In this document: positions 31,740 to 45,985 of the stretch, in pieces
Layout: each line of letters starts with the position of its first letter
Position numbering within the stretch: position 1 is the first letter of the stretch
NCBI GenBank assembly: GCA_964016885.1
Contig: OZ024761.1
Span: forward strand, 27,032,001 to 27,096,000
Source: Eledone cirrhosa
Taxonomy: Eukaryota
Length of the DNA stretch: 64,000 nucleotides
Direction of reading: 5' to 3'
Notes under the pieces: model-generated
The model's database searches: none
The model's input: the letters and a program-made list of their open reading frames with translations, nothing else
What the model was told of the DNA's origin: nothing
Made by a program: the position numbers and the translations under genes

Positions 31740-34700
31740 ATTTATTTGTATCTTTGTGTAACTAGAATTACAGGTGATTCGCCCCACCTCCAAGTAATTG
31801 ATACTGTGACAAGACGGTTTCAGTTGGGTTTTATTCCAGAATTAAAGCAACTGTAAATTGTAAATAAAATTATGAACGAAAACACTGTTGCAGCATACAT
31901 ATAAACTTTATTGGCATATTAGAATTGTTTCAATATCGATATCTTTGGGTAGAATCATATATAGAAACAGAGATAGATTGATAGTGTGTGTGTTATTTTT
32001 CACCTGAAATCAATATGCAAGCTGGCCCTTGTGTCTTCATTTTAAAGCGACATATTTCTACCTCCCGGTGATTTGAACTCAGTTTCAAGTTACTCGATAG
32101 TATAATGAAGCAGAGAGACTATAAAAACGCTACACCGGTGGCATATTTAGTTTTACACCGGTACGACGTGCATGAAAGAGGTAATGTTTTATTTGTCTTC
32201 TGTGTTACAGGATAACACTAGTTTAATTTTTTTAATTTATCCTACATGTTTGTAATATATATTCTCAACATAGCTATGATTTTATCTCAATTAGTAATTT
32301 CAACACTTCGGAGGTTACTGCTCACATTTCATCTCTTCCACTAAGACACTCTCCACAGACTTTCCTCTCCTCGTATCATCACCTAATGTTGTGTGAATCG
32401 CCACAAAGCCAAAGTTTCTCATTTCTAGCCCTTCTTGTCCAGAATGTCAGCTCCATGGAACTCCCTGTTTACTTCTTTCTGTAACAACAAGGTTTACAAT
32501 ACTTGAAGTACATTGAATTTGGTTTCGGTGTATCTATAATAAAACAAACCCACCCCAAGCGTGTGTGTAAAATAAACGCAAGGTTTGACCGAACAAGAAT
32601 ATAAAATTTATTCCTTCTGACATTTACATCTTTTACATGGTATTATATTTTCATCATTACAGTGTCGAGAAAATGAAGTATCAGTAAAGAACTGGGATTA
32701 TTGCTGGAATTATACTAAAATTAGAAAGAATTATATGAAGGGTTTTATGTACATTAAACAATAAAATGACTACTACACTTAACGACACTTTGATATTAAT
32801 AGACATATTAGTCTTCATAGTAACTTAAGAGTTTACTAGCTAGTTCATTTATGTGTGTTTGTCTTATCTGTAAAGAGAGTTTGAAATGGTATGAAAAGGT
32901 GTTGAATTGAAGCATGTTTATTTATATGCTGATAGTCATACCACGAGGGAGAGAAAAATAAAGCTTTAAATGGTATGACTACGTGTTCAAATTAAGCAAG
33001 TTTCTCATAGTATGAGGATAAAAAAAAATTAACGTTATAATAAGTTGATTCGAAAGCCAACCACTGCATTCCCTAGTTCTATGTCTTACCACTAGACTAT
33101 AAGGACCTAGACAATTTTTTTGTGAATCTATATCTATATAAACTTATTTTCAGTCTAATAATAAAATAGCTTTAAATGTGTTAATTTTCACTACATATTT
33201 GTTGGTCTGTAGGTGGGCGTGTGGGTAGTAGTGGTTTATCTATGCATGCTTTATGTATGTATAGATTTGGGGGTAGTGTTTCAATCTTCTTTATCTAAAA
33301 TTAAAAGTATTTATATTTTTTTTTAAATTAAAAGAACGCTCTCTATCTTCTGGGCTACCCGGGGCCACTATTATCTCGAAGCCACCTTTTTAGTTCCCCC
33401 TACGCCCGAACCTTCACTACCTAGCTACACAACCATTACCTACGATACAACATCACTTTACCACACGTCTACCAAGCTGCCGTAATTCTACTGTGCAAAT
33501 TTGATATATTTAAATCTAATTTAGCATTTCTTCATTGAAGAACCATTTAGGGTTTACGGCATAAGCGAAAAAAAAAATATTTACTATTTCATTAGCTCTG
33601 GCAGGTATCGAAAACCTCATATATAGATTCATTTTAATTTCACTTACGTCAGAATCACGCATACATATTATTAATTAAAAAAAAAAAAAAAAAAATCATT
33701 TTCAGCGACAAAATACATACCTCCACTCGAGATATGTGTGTGTGTGTGTGTGTGTTTGTGTATATTTTTATTATTATTCTGAACTGTAGTTTTAATTAAA
33801 AAAATATATATTATACTATTTCCTGTGTCCTCGCAGATATTGCAACTACATCTCTCTAGATTCATTTAAATACATTGCATTTGACTTACGTGAAATTAAG
33901 TATCATATAATTACTTTTTCAAATTTTGTTTTCAAGTATCAAAATAAAAATACATTAGTAAGGTTTTCCACCTCATAAATGTGTGGTGGTTATAGACACT
34001 TAACTATTGTTATAGGGCTGTCGTATTTACAACTATGTGGGCATCTAATCCTTCCATCCTGCTGGTCTAAAAACAGCCAATTTATTTTTCCAGAGAGAGA
34101 CATTTATTATGACTTTAAACGCTAATTTTTCACTTCACTTACGATTCCTTTTTCCTCTCTTTAGATTGAATAAACAAAACCCTTTTCCGTCTACAATTAT
34201 ATTCAACGTAGCTCATATCAGTCTTCACAGTAAAGATTTTGCTACATCTCATTCAAGCTGGTATGATAGTAACCACAAAGTAAAGTGTTTAGCTCAACAT
34301 TTATTCCGTAGTAAGTGTCATAAGAAAGGTTTGTCTGTCTAAAAACCTAACAAGTAGATTTCAAATTTATTGCTAATTAAACAAAACTTTAAAATAATCC
34401 ATACTAAAGCCACAACCATTTATTATCTACGTCTCACCCGAAGAAAAAAAACGATCAAATTATTACGAGGAGTGTAGACAGATGGATAAAGCTAATAAAC
34501 AATTAATTTATACATATGCATGTACGTATTGTGTTTAAATATACTCCAACACAGACGGTGCCTACGAAAAACATAACATTACCGCCTATGAACAAATTTT
34601 GGCGTAATACTTACTAAATCTATTTTACCATTTGCTTAATGAACAAGCACATACATTGTTTGATATAATGAAAAAAAAAATATATATATATATACATATT

Positions 34701-35835
34701 ACTATTTCATAAGCTCTGGCAGGTATCGAAAACCTCATATATAGATTTATTTTAATTTCACTTACGTCGAAAACATATACATAATTATTTTTTTATAATT
34801 TATCGATTGGGTTTCCAATCTCAGAAATATCTCCACTAGAGATGTGTGTGTTTCTCTTTATTATTCCTTTGAAATGATTTTTAGTCCTGGTAGATGTTGA
34901 AATCCCATCAATAGATTCATTTAAATATATTTTATTTGACTTACGTGAATTTAAAAAATGATATAATTATCTTTAAAATTTTCCTTTCCAGTACAAAAAT
35001 AAAAATACATTAGTATGTATTTCAGTCACACAAATGCGTTGGTTTCATAGACACTTAACTATTGTTGCAGGGATGCCGTAAATAGCGTCATGTGGGCATT
35101 TATACTACCCGGTTGAGACAATCCCAGCCTCCTAGTATACAAATAGCCGATTAATTTTGCGAGAGAGAAAGAGATACTTTTATTATGTCTTTAAACGTTA
35201 CTTTTGCGATTGAACTTTTCCTTTTTCCTCCCTTTAGACTGAATAAACCCAAACATTTTACGGCTACAATTCTATTCAACATTACGATATCTGCTTCAAT
35301 CTGTTATTGGTGTGGTGGAGGAGTAGAACACAAAATAAAATGTCGAGTTAATTATTTACTCCGTAAAAAGTGTCAAACGGTGGCACACTGGTATAAGATT
35401 TGGTGGTATAAACAAACTAACAAATAGATTTCAAATTTATCGGCAGCTAAACAAAACTTTAAAATAAGCAATAATGAAGACAATTCAGACCAAATCTCAC
35501 TTCCATATTAGCCTTTCAATTCAGTAGACCCTAATTACTTTATTAATAATCACAAAACAAGGCCACTTATTCACACGAGTCCAGACAAAATATTCATTTA
35601 ACAAGAATTACTACAACGATAGTGCAAGAAAATCGTTGTTTCTAAATCAGAGAACGTTTCTATAACAAACACAAGCGTATTAAAAGTAACAGGAATATTC
35701 ATATTGCATAGAACCAGGAAATAACTGCTATCAAATAGATGTTCTAGTGGCTAAGAACTTAATAGTTCCAGTTGTAATTGTGTTACACATATTCAGTAAG
35801 TATTTGCTAATTGAAATTATACTTTAAGGTATACT
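28707..35835. repeat. Repeat unit copy 5
   Basis: Direct comparison. Confidence 0.97.
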
Positions 35836-35847
35836 AAACTCACAAAC

Positions 35848-35892
<45 letters not shown>

Positions 35893-37201
35893 TCAGCCAA
35901 ATTAAAGAACGTAAACATTATTACAAGTAGTGTAAACATGAATTAAAGAACATAAATGTACCACCAAGAAGGCTGCCTCAAGATATGCACTTCAAGAAGA
36001 AATACAACATATGCTTACGTCTACGACATAATTATGGCTGGAAAGGACATTCATTGAACATGAACAATCTACTAGAGATAGAAGACAACAGAAACGAATA
36101 TATGTTATGATATTAAATATATTTCTTATACTGTCATGTCTTTTCTTTAAAACGTTTGAATCTCAATAAGGTGGAACAGATATTAAATACATTTGTTATA
36201 TCATTATACTTTAGCTTTAACTTTACTTATTATTTCTAACTCTTATTAGAAAGAATACAAACTTAATAAAATCCTATATCTGTATAAATATGTGTGTTTG
36301 TATTAAAGTAAATAATAATATGCATGTTGACGAGTTGTAAAAACCAAGGAAGTCAATCTACAGTTCTACACTAACTCAGACGCCCCCCCGCCCACAAAAA
36401 TAGACATGTTTCGTCTAATAAACGAATGTCAAATAATTGTTTCGGAAATACCGATGTAACACTAAATATATTACCGGTGCAACTATGTCAATTAAGCCTT
36501 TTATAAACTCACTCTAGTCATTTCAAATCGTGTTGAGAGTAACGGGAATAAGAAAAAATAAACCGTTTGCCGAAGTTTCTAAATTTGTTAAAAATAATAG
36601 CGAAATCTGTGTCCAATGTATAATAAACCGGGACATTCACTGAACATGACAAATCTACTACAGATAGAAGACATCAGAAACGACCATCCTACCTGAAATA
36701 TTATATGTTATTTTAAATATATTTCTTTTACTATTATGTTTTTTTTTAAAAAAGATTGAGTCTGAATAAAGTGTAGAAAACTACAATTTAACTGTTGTTA
36801 TATCATTATATTTTAGATTCAACTTAATAATAAAATCCGATATGTGTATAGATATAATGTGTGTGAAAATATAATAATAAACTAGTTATACACTAACGCA
36901 GCCGACATAAGAAATGTTACCTCTAACGACCGACTGCCAAACAGACTATGGCTCAGATATACCGGTGTAAAGCTAAAAATGTTAACGGTGGAACAATTTC
37001 AGTTTACCCTTTTATAGACACACTCCAGTCATTTCAAATTGTGTTCAAAGTACCGGGAATAAAATATACAAAAAAACATTTCCCGAAGTTTCTAGATCTG
37101 TTAAAGATAACAGCCAAATCTCTCACTCTGTCTCCGATGTGTAATAAACGGTGACACACATATATATATAGAAAGAGAGAAACAGATATGTTTATATATA
37201 C

Positions 37202-37235
<34 letters not shown>

Positions 37236-38826
37236 ATATTAGTGAATATAATAGTATGTATATAAATATGCGTGTAATTAAATGTATATTATTCATATAC
37301 AGGTATTCCGATGTATTTGCGTGTGTTATGGTCCTAGAGTACCCGAGTATATTGAAAAACCGCGAACATTGGAGGTGGTCCATAAAAGTGCCTATAAACC
37401 TCAAAATATAACGTAAACTATAATAAACAATAGAGGGATCGCCTTTTGCGAAGGGGCGTCCAATAGACCGGCAAATACGATATATTGTGATTAGTAATTT
37501 AGCGTTAAAACAATATATATTGTCATGAAATATAGAAATAGTTTTGACTGCTCTTTCTAGCATACTCTAGAAAAAACCGGAAGTGGAGAAAATTGAAAAA
37601 CTTCTTCTTTTTCTTCCTCTAACTTTTCAAACAAAAGAAAATTTATGTAAACAAAAACGAAATTTTTGCCACGAACGATAACTCGTCTCTGACTTAAATC
37701 CAAATTTTGGATAAAAAAAGCGTGTATGAAGTTTTCATATACACACTTGTTATTACTAGCTAGTCCTTATTTTATTTTGTTTTGGGGTCTTTGACTCCTA
37801 TTTCTAGCATGACAGACCTTTTCCTGTTGTTCACTATGCATGTATGCATAAATACATGGATGTATGTACATATATATGTATATATATATAAACTTTAATA
37901 TAATCTTACAATAAATATTTGTTCTAGGGTATTTTATATATATATATATTATATACATAAAATCTTTATCGAGCTGTCTTCGGATTTTAGTTTTCACATT
38001 TATTATTACTATTTATATATATATAAATATATATATGTATGCGTTTATATATGTATATGATTATATATACATTTATATAGATTTAAATGTATGGAAAAGT
38101 ATGGTTATATAGATACCTGTATATATATATATATTATAATATATATATATTTATATATATTTCTTTATATATATATGTGTGCATATATAAACACACACAC
38201 ACAAACACACACACATATATATATATATATTTCTTTATACACTAGCAATATATTGAGTACATTTTATTTAATGTGGTTTCCACCTGACAGGGTGAGTCAC
38301 AGCTAATGGCATCTATTGCCCAGAGTAGAAGATTTAACTGCTATGTCTAGCAGGTTTGGAATCTAATATTTTCCAAACAATTTTCCTTTACAACCTCCAC
38401 TATGAACTTGATTTCAAATTACCGGGCAGTCGGTTGATAATGGTAAACTGAAATATCTACACCGGTAACTTAATTAGTGTTACACCGCTATTGTTCAAAC
38501 ATAATCTATTTGGCATTCCTTAACGAAAGGTAGTTTGTTGTGTCGTCTTCAATAGAGTATGTATACATACACGTATTCCTAAACAGTTTGACATTTATTC
38601 ATAAGAGGTAATGGTTTTATTTAGACCTCGTCTCTTTTAGAATATATATACGCATAACACATCCATAAATTAATGAATTTCTCTATAATATGATATTAAC
38701 GTTTTTATTTTTTACGAAAAAGCGTATTGTATATGTAGTTATACATGCATTAAATTTAATATAAACACTCCGTTTGGGGCACAAATATTAATTATATTAT
38801 TTTACATACACATCCATTATACAAAA

Positions 38827-38872
<46 letters not shown>

Positions 38873-41800
38873 ATTTATTTGTATCTTTGTGTAACTAGAA
38901 TTACAGGTGATTCGTCCCACCTCCAAGTAATTGATACTGTGACAAGACGGTTTCAGTTGGGTTTTATTCCAGAATTAAAGCAACTGTAAATTGTAAATAA
39001 AATTATGAACGAAAACACTGTTGCAGCATACATATAAACTTTATTGGCATATTAGAATTGTTTCAATATCGATATCTTTGGGTAGAATCATATATAGAAA
39101 CAGAGATAGATTGATAGTGTGTGTGTTATTTTTCACCTGAAATCAATATGCAAGCTGGCCCTTGTGTCTTCATTTTAAAGCGACATATTTCTACCTCCCG
39201 GTGATTTGAACTCAGTTTCAAGTTACTCGATAGTATAATGAAGCAGAGAGACTATAAAAACGCTACACCGGTGGCATATTTAGTTTTACACCGGTACGAC
39301 GTGCATGAAAGAGGTAATGTTTTATTTGTCTTCTGTGTTACAGGATAACACTAGTTTAATTTTTTTAATTTATCCTACATGTTTGTAATATATATTCTCA
39401 ACATAGCTATGATTTTATCTCAATTAGTAATTTCAACACTTCGGAGGTTACTGCTCACATTTCATCTCTTCCACTAAGACACTCTCCACAGACTTTCCTC
39501 TCCTCGTATCATCACCTAATGTTGTGTGAATCGCCACAAAGCCAAAGTTTCTCATTTCTAGCCCTTCTTGTCCAGAATGTCAGCTCCATGGAACTCCCTG
39601 TTTACTTCTTTCTGTAACAACAAGGTTTACAATACTTGAAGTACATTGAATTTGGTTTCGGTGTATCTATAATAAAAACAAACCCACCCCAAGCGTGTGT
39701 GTAAAATAAACGCAAGGTTTGACCGAACAAGAATATAAAATTTATTCCTTCTGACATTTACATCTTTTACATGGTATTATATTTTCATCATTACAGTGTC
39801 GAGAAAATGAAGTATCAGTAAAGAACTGGGATTATTGCTGGAATTATACTAAAATTAGAAAGAATTATATGAAGGGTTTTATGTACATTAAACAATAAAA
39901 TGACTACTACACTTAACGACACTTTGATATTAATAGACATATTAGTCTTCATAGTAACTTAAGAGTTTACTAGCTAGTTCATTTATGTGTGTTTGTCTTA
40001 TCTGTAAAGAGAGTTTGAAATGGTATGAAAAGGTGTTGAATTGAAGCATGTTTATTTATATGCTGATAGTCATACCACGAGGGAGAGAAAAATAAAGCTT
40101 TAAATGGTATGACTACGTGTTCAAATTAAGCAAGTTTCTCATAGTATGAGGATAAAAAAAAATTAACGTTATAATAAGTTGATTCGAAAGCCAACCACTG
40201 CATTCCCTAGTTCTATGTCTTACCACTAGACTATAAGGACCTAGACAATTTTTTTGTGAATCTATATCTATATAAACTTATTTTCAGTCTAACAATAAAA
40301 TAGCTTTAAATGTGTTAATTTTCACTACATATTTGTTGGTCTGTAGGTGGGCGTGTGGGTAGTAGTGGTTTATCTATGCATGCTTTATGTATGTATAGAT
40401 TTGGGGGTAGTGTTTCAATCTTCTTTATCTAAAATTAAAAGTATTTATATTTTTTTTTAAATTAAAAGAACGCTCTCTATCTTCTGGGCTACCCGGGGCC
40501 ACTATTATCTCGAAGCCACCTTTTTAGTTCCCCCTACGCCCGAACCTTCACTACCTAGCTACACAACCATTACCTACGATACAACATCACTTTACCACAC
40601 GTCTACCAAGCTGCCGTAATTCTACTGTGCAAATTTGATATATTTAAATCTAATTTAGCATTTCTTCATTGAAGAACCATTTAGGGTTTACGGCATAAGC
40701 GAAAAAAAAAATATTTACTATTTCATTAGCTCTGGCAGGTATCGAAAACCTCATATATAGATTCATTTTAATTTCACCTACGTCAGAATCACGCATACAT
40801 ATTATTAATTTAAAAAAAAAAAAAAAAATCATTTTCAGCGACAAAATACATACCTCCACTCGAGATATGTGTGTGTGTGTATATTTTTATTATTATTCTG
40901 AACTGTAGTTTTAATTAAAAAAATATATATTATACTATTTCCTGTGTCCTCGCAGATATTGCAACTACATCTCTCTAGATTCATTTAAATACATTGCATT
41001 TGACTTACGTGAAATTAAGTATCATATAATTACTTTTTCAAATTTTGTTTTCAAGTATCAAAATAAAAATACATTAGTAAGGTTTTCCACCTCATAAATG
41101 TGTGGTGGTTATAGACACTTAACTATTGTTATAGGGCTGTCGTATTTACAACTATGTGGGCATCTAATCCTTCCATCCTGCTGGTCTAAAAACAGCCAAT
41201 TTATTTTTCCAGAGAGAGACATTTATTATGACTTTAAACGCTAATTTTTCACTTCACTTACGATTCCTTTTTCCTCTCTTTAGATTGAATAAACAAAACC
41301 CTTTTCCGTCTACAATTATATTCAACGTAGCTCATATCAGTCTTCACAGTAAAGATTTTGCTACATCTCATTCAAGCTGGTATGATAGTAACCACAAAGT
41401 AAAGTGTTTAGCTCAACATTTATTCCGTAGTAAGTGTCATAAGAAAGGTTTGTCTGTCTAAAAACCTAACAAGTAGATTTCAAATTTATTGCTAATTAAA
41501 CAAAACTTTAAAATAATCCATACTAAAGCCACAACCATTTATTATCTACGTCTCACCCGAAGAAAAAAAACGATCAAATTATTACGAGGAGTGTAGACAG
41601 ATGGATAAAGCTAATAAACAATTAATTTATACATATGCATGTACGTATTGTGTTTAAATATACTCCAACACAGACGGTGCCTACGAAAAACATAACATTA
41701 CCGCCTATGAACAAATTTTGGCGTAATACTTACTAAATCTATTTTACCATTTGCTTAATGAACAAGCACATACATTGTTTGATATAATGAAAAAAAAAAT

Positions 41801-42954
41801 ATATATATATATACATATTACTATTTCATAAGCTCTGGCAGGTATCGAAAACCTCATATATAGATTTATTTTAATTTCACTTACGTCGAAAACATATACA
41901 TAATTATTTTTTTATAATTTATCGATTGGGTTTCCAATCTCAGAAATATCTCCACTAGAGATGTGTGTGTTTCTCTTTATTATTCCTTTGAAATGATTTT
42001 TAGTCCTGGTAGATGTTGAAATCCCATCAATAGATTCATTTAAATATATTTTATTTGACTTACGTGAATTTAAAAAATGATATAATTATCTTTAAAATTT
42101 TCCTTTCCAGTACAAAAATAAAAATACATTAGTATATATTTCAGTCACACAAATGCGTTGGTTTCATAGACACTTAACTATTGTTGCAGGGATGCCGTAA
42201 ATAGCGTCATGTGGGCATTTATACTACCCGGTTGAGACAATCCCAGCCTCCTAGTATACAAATAGCCGATTAATTTTGCGAGAGAGAAAGAGATACTTTT
42301 ATTATGTCTTTAAACGTTACTTTTGCGATTGAACTTTTCCTTTTTCCTCCCTTTAGACTGAATAAACCCAAACATTTTACGGCTACAATTCTATTCAACA
42401 TTACGATATCTGCTTCAATCTGTTATTGGTGTGGTGGAGGAGTAGAACACAAAATAAAATGTCGAGTTAATTATTTACTCCGTAAAAAGTGTCAAACGGT
42501 GGCACACTGGTATAAGATTTGGTGGTATAAACAAACTAACAAATAGATTTCAAATTTATCGGCAGCTAAACAAAACTTTAAAATAAGCAATAATGAAGAC
42601 AATTCAGACCAAATCTCACTTCCATATTAGCCTTTCAATTCAGTAGACCCTAATTACTTTATTAATAATCACAAAACAAGGCCACTTATTCACACGAGTC
42701 CAGACAAAATATTCATTTAACAAGAATTACTACAACGATAGTGCAAGAAAATCGTTGTTTCTAAATCAGAGAACGTTTCTATAACAAACACAAGCGTATT
42801 AAAAGTAACAGGAATATTCATATTGCATAGAACCAGGAAATAACTGCTATCAAATAGATGTTCTAGTGGCTAAGAACTTAATAGTTCCAGTTGTAATTGT
42901 GTTACACATATTCAGTAAGTATTTGCTAATTGAAATTATACTTTAAGGTATACT
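35836..42954. repeat. Repeat unit copy 6 (contains a copy-1-type tract at ~36065-36256)
   Basis: Direct comparison. Confidence 0.97.
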
Positions 42955-42966
42955 AAACTCACAAAC

Positions 42967-43009
<43 letters not shown>

Positions 43010-45941
43010 TCAGCCAAATTAAAGAACGTAAACATTATTACAAGTAGTGTAAACATGAATTAAAGAACATAAATGTACCACCAAGAAGGCTGCCTCAAGA
43101 TATGCACTTCAAGAAGAAATACAACATATGCTTACGTCTACGACATAATTATGGCTGGAAAGGACATTCATTGAACATGAAGAATCTACTAGAGATAGAA
43201 GACAACAGAAACGAATATTTGTTATGATATTAAATATATTTCTTATACTGTCATGGCTTTTCTTTAAAACGTTTGAATCTCAATAAGGTGGAACAGATAT
43301 TAATTACATTTGTTATATCATTATACTTTATCTTTAACTTTACTTATTATTTCTAACTCTTATTAGAAAGAACACAAACTTAATAAAATCCTATATCTGT
43401 ATAAATATGTGTGTTTGTATTAAAGTAAATAATAATATGCATGTTGACGAGTTGTAAAAACCAAGGAAGTCAATCTACAGTTCTACACTAACTCAGACGC
43501 CCCCCCCGCCCACAAAAATAGACATGTTTCGTCTAATAAACGAATGTCAAATAATTGTTTCGGAAATACCGATGTAACACTAAATATATTACCGGTGCAA
43601 CTATGTCAATTAAGCCTTTTATAAACTCACTCTAGTCATTTCAAATCGTGTTGAGAGTAACGGGAATAAGAAAAAATAAACCGTTTGCCGAAGTTTCTAA
43701 ATTTGTTAAAAATAATAGCGAAATCTGTGTCCAATGTATAATAAACCGGGACATTCACTGAACATGACAAATCTACTACAGATAGAAGACATCAGAAACG
43801 ACCATCCTACCTGAAATATTATATGTTATTTTAAATATATTTCTTTTACTATTATGTTTTTTTTAAAAAAAGATTGAGTCTGAATAAAGTGTAGAAAACT
43901 ACAATTTAACTGTTGTTATATCATTATATTTTAGATTCAACTTAATAATAAAATCCGATATGTGTATAGATATAATGTGTGTGAAAATATAATAATAAAC
44001 TAGTTATACACTAACGCAGCCGACATAAGAAATGTTACCTCTAACGACCGATGGCCATACAGACTATGGCTCAGATATACCGGTGTAAAGCTAAAAATGT
44101 TAACGGTGGAACAATTTCAGTTTACCCTTTTATAGACACACTCCAGTCATTTCAAATTGTGTTCAAAGTACCGGGAATAAAATATACAAAAAAACATTTC
44201 CCGAAGTTTCTAAATCTGTTAAAGATAACTGCCAAATCTCTCACTCTGTCTCCGATGTGTAATAAACGGCGACACACATATATATATAGAAAGAGAGAAA
44301 CAGATATGTTTATATATACGTATATATATATATATGTGTGTGTGTGTGTATATTAGTGAATATAATAGTATGTATATAAATATGCGTGTAATTAAATGTA
44401 TATTATTCATATACAGGTATTCCGATGTATTTGCGTGTGTTATGGTCCTAGAGTACCCGAGTATATTGAAAAACCGCGAACATTGGAGGTGGTCCATAAA
44501 AGTGCCTATAAACCTCAAAATATAACGTAAACTATAATAAACAATAGAGGGATCGCCTTTTGCGAAGGGGCGTCCAATAGACCGGCAAATACGATATATT
44601 GTGATTAGTAATTTAGCGTTAAAACAATATATATTGTCATGAAATATATAAATAGTTTTGACTGCTCTTTCTAGCATACTCTAGAAAAAACCGGAAGTGG
44701 AGAAAATTGAAAAACTTCTTCTTTTTCTTCCTCTAACTTTTCAAACAAAAGAAAATTTTATGTAAACAAAAACGAAATTTTTGCCACGAACGATAACTCG
44801 TCTCTGACTTAAATCCAAATTTTGGATAAAAAAAGCGTGTATGAAGTTTTCATATACACACTTGTTATTACTAGCTAGTCCTTATTTTATTTTGTTTTGG
44901 GGTCTTTGACTCCTATTTCTAGCATGACAGACCTTTTCCTGTTGTTCACTATGCATGTATGCATAAATACATGGATGTATGTACATATATATGTATATAT
45001 ATATAAACTTTAATATAATCTTACAATAAATATTTGCTCTAGGGTATTTTATATATATATATATTATATACATAAAATCTTTATCGAGCTGTCTTCGGAT
45101 TTTAGTTTTCACATTTATTATTACTATTTATATATATATAAATATATATATGTATGCGTTTATATATGTATATGATTATATATACATTTATATAGATTTA
45201 AATGTATGGAAAAGTATGGTTATATAGATACCTGTATATATATATATATTATAATATATATATATTTATATATATTTCTTTATATATATATGTGTGCATA
45301 TATAAACACACACACACAAACACACACACATATATATATATATATTTCTTTATACACTAGCAATATATTGAGTACATTTTATTTAATGTGGTTTCCACCT
45401 GACAGGGTGAGTCACAGCTAATGGCATCTATTGCCCAGAGTAGAAGATTTAACTGCTATGTCTAGCAGGTTTGGAATCTAATATTTTCCAAACAATTTTC
45501 CTTTACAACCTCCACTATGAACTTGATTTCAAATTACCGGGCAGTCGGTTGATAATGGTAAACTGAAATATCTACACCGGTAACTTAATTAGTGTTACAC
45601 CGCTATTGTTCAAACATAATCTATTTGGCATTCCTTAACGAAAGGTAGTTTGTTGTGTCGTCTTCAATAGAGTATGTATACATACACGTATTCCTAAACA
45701 GTTTGACATTTATTCATAAGAGGTAATGGTTTTATTTAGACCTCGTCTCTTTTAGAATATATATACTCACAACACATCCATAAATTAATGAATTTCTCTA
45801 TAATATGATATTAACGTTTTTATTTTTTACGAAAAAGCGTATTGTATATGTAGTTATACATGCATTAAATTTAATATAAACACTCCGTTTGGGGCACAAA
45901 TATTAATTATATTATTTTACATACACATCCATTATACAAAA

Positions 45942-45985
<44 letters not shown>

